From an uncultured Bacillota bacterium (GTDB lineage: Bacteria > Bacillota > Limnochordia > Limnochordales > ZCTH02-B6), in assembly GCA_937975235.1 (NCBI GenBank), contig CALJUZ010000106.1, forward strand, positions 67,218-131,217: a stretch of DNA of 64,000 nucleotides. Reading direction: 5' to 3'. Both the position numbers and the translations under genes were made by a program. Below the pieces are notes generated by a model. The model had not been told where the DNA came from and searched no databases. It saw only the letters and a list, made by a program, of their open reading frames with translations. How positions within the stretch are numbered: the stretch's first letter is position 1; each line of letters begins with the position of its first letter. Positions 63,154 through 64,000 of the stretch are shown here, piece by piece.

Positions 63154-63942
63154 ATGATAGCTTTCAGCGATAAGGCGGCCGCCAACGGCGCTGAAGACAG
63201 CTCCCAAAGCAAGAAGGCCCGGGTGCTGTGCTTGGCCCGCAGCGACCCGTTCCTGACCGTGGAGGAAATCGCCCGGGCCGTGGGCACCACGTCCCGCTAC
63301 GTCCGCACCAGCCTGTCGGAGGCGGGCCTGACCTTGACGGAGCTGCGGCGGCGCTTCGTGGAGGACCTCCGGCAGCGCCTGCGCGAGGAGTTCGGTGCCG
63401 ACGGGCCGGTGCCGGATCTGACGCCGAGGGGGCCCGCCGGGAGCCCCGCCGACGGCCCGGGTTCCAAGCCCGCGGTTGAGACGCGCCGGCTGCGGGTCGC
63501 CCAGCGGGTTGACGCGGATCTGGCGGCCCTGCTGGGCGTCGCGCCGGACACACCCCTTCTGGAGATCAGCCGCGTGCGGCTGAAAGACGGGGAGCCGCTG
63601 TACGTCAACCAGCTGGTGACGACGCGGCACGTCACCGTCACCGAGGAGCTTCTGTCCGCGGGCGATCCGCTGCATCAAATTCTCGCACAGCCGGGCCAGT
63701 CCGGGGAGCTGGCCATCGTCAAGCGCACGGTGGACATCGAGCCGGCCTCGGAATACATCGCCGAGTCGCTGCGGGTCGAAGCCGGACACCCGATCCTCCG
63801 TTCGAGCGCTCTCATCGCCACGTCCAAAGGCGTTGCCGCCGCCGTGGAGATCAGCTACTTCGACGCGCTGCGGGTGCGGGTGGAGCTGGAAACGGCCGCC
63901 CGGCTGCCGGTGCGCGTCATCGAGCGCGAGGCAGAAGGCTGA
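63154..63942 (+). CDS. Transcriptional regulator with an N-terminal HTH and a C-terminal UTRA (GntR/HutC-type effector) domain
   Basis: ATG at 63154 lies 5 nt after AAGGAGA. It encodes 262 aa. The HTH-like segment is LTVEEIARAVGTTSRYVRTSLSEAGL. After a Pro/Gly linker, the C-terminal ~150 aa (LLEISRVRLKDGEPLYVNQLV...VEISYFDALRVRVEL) have the UTRA pattern. The upstream 78 codons of the tracked ORF are discounted. Confidence 0.7.
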   Translation: MIAFSDKAAANGAEDSSQSKKARVLCLARSDPFLTVEEIARAVGTTSRYVRTSLSEAGLTLTELRRRFVEDLRQRLREEFGADGPVPDLTPRGPAGSPADGPGSKPAVETRRLRVAQRVDADLAALLGVAPDTPLLEISRVRLKDGEPLYVNQLVTTRHVTVTEELLSAGDPLHQILAQPGQSGELAIVKRTVDIEPASEYIAESLRVEAGHPILRSSALIATSKGVAAAVEISYFDALRVRVELETAARLPVRVIEREAEG

Positions 63943-64000
63943 CTTCTCCGGCGCTCGCCGCCGGAGCGCGCCGCCGTTTTGGTATCGCAGCCTGCTCAAA

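Overview
This is a very GC-rich chromosomal segment (third codon positions are almost all G/C) from an endospore-forming, Firmicutes-type bacterium. Gene content and order match Bacillus/Clostridia core regions. A Symbiobacterium-, Thermaerobacter- or Limnochordia-like lineage is only an inference from the GC content plus the sporulation genes.

The window is densely packed with housekeeping and sporulation genes, in this order:
- an 11-gene nuoA-N operon without nuoEFG (minus strand, 1-9.7 kb) and a lipid kinase gene;
- a secreted protein gene followed by a short FtsH-like protease gene, then lgt;
- cinA-recA-recX-rny and an M19 dipeptidase gene;
- a holin-like membrane protein gene, a spoVAF-like gene and lysA;
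- an M50 protease gene, scpA, scpB, ytfJ and rluB;
- a HutP-family gene followed by an aroH::hisC fusion, DAHP synthase, tyrA, cmk, plsC and rpsA;
- a membrane protein gene, spoIIP, a YIEGIA-family gene with a small partner, der, plsY, spoIVA and hup;
- hom-thrC-thrB-lysC, then fhs on the minus strand, and tRNA-Pro(GGG);
- an ABC-2 exporter pair and a truncated globin gene;
- an FG-GAP/copper-amine-oxidase-N protein gene, an EF-G2 paralogue and a small membrane protein gene;
- a five-gene Opp/Dpp-type ABC importer with small-membrane and CDGSH genes appended, plus a divergent HTH+UTRA regulator.

I saw no rRNA, CRISPR array, IS element or prophage. I could not support a clear-cut novel defence or mobile system. 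The most unusual signals are these:
- a HutP-family gene with a structured leader sits at the head of an aromatic amino-acid operon;
- AroH chorismate mutase and a HisC-type aminotransferase are fused in frame;
- recX has no canonical start codon;
- the Opp/Dpp-type binding protein is oversized and is not a lipoprotein;
- a perfect 16-bp palindrome lies in the divergent region next to the regulator.

The many long Arg/Gly/Pro-rich ORFs in the track are antisense shadow ORFs typical of high-GC DNA. All family calls rest on motif recognition by eye, with no database searches.
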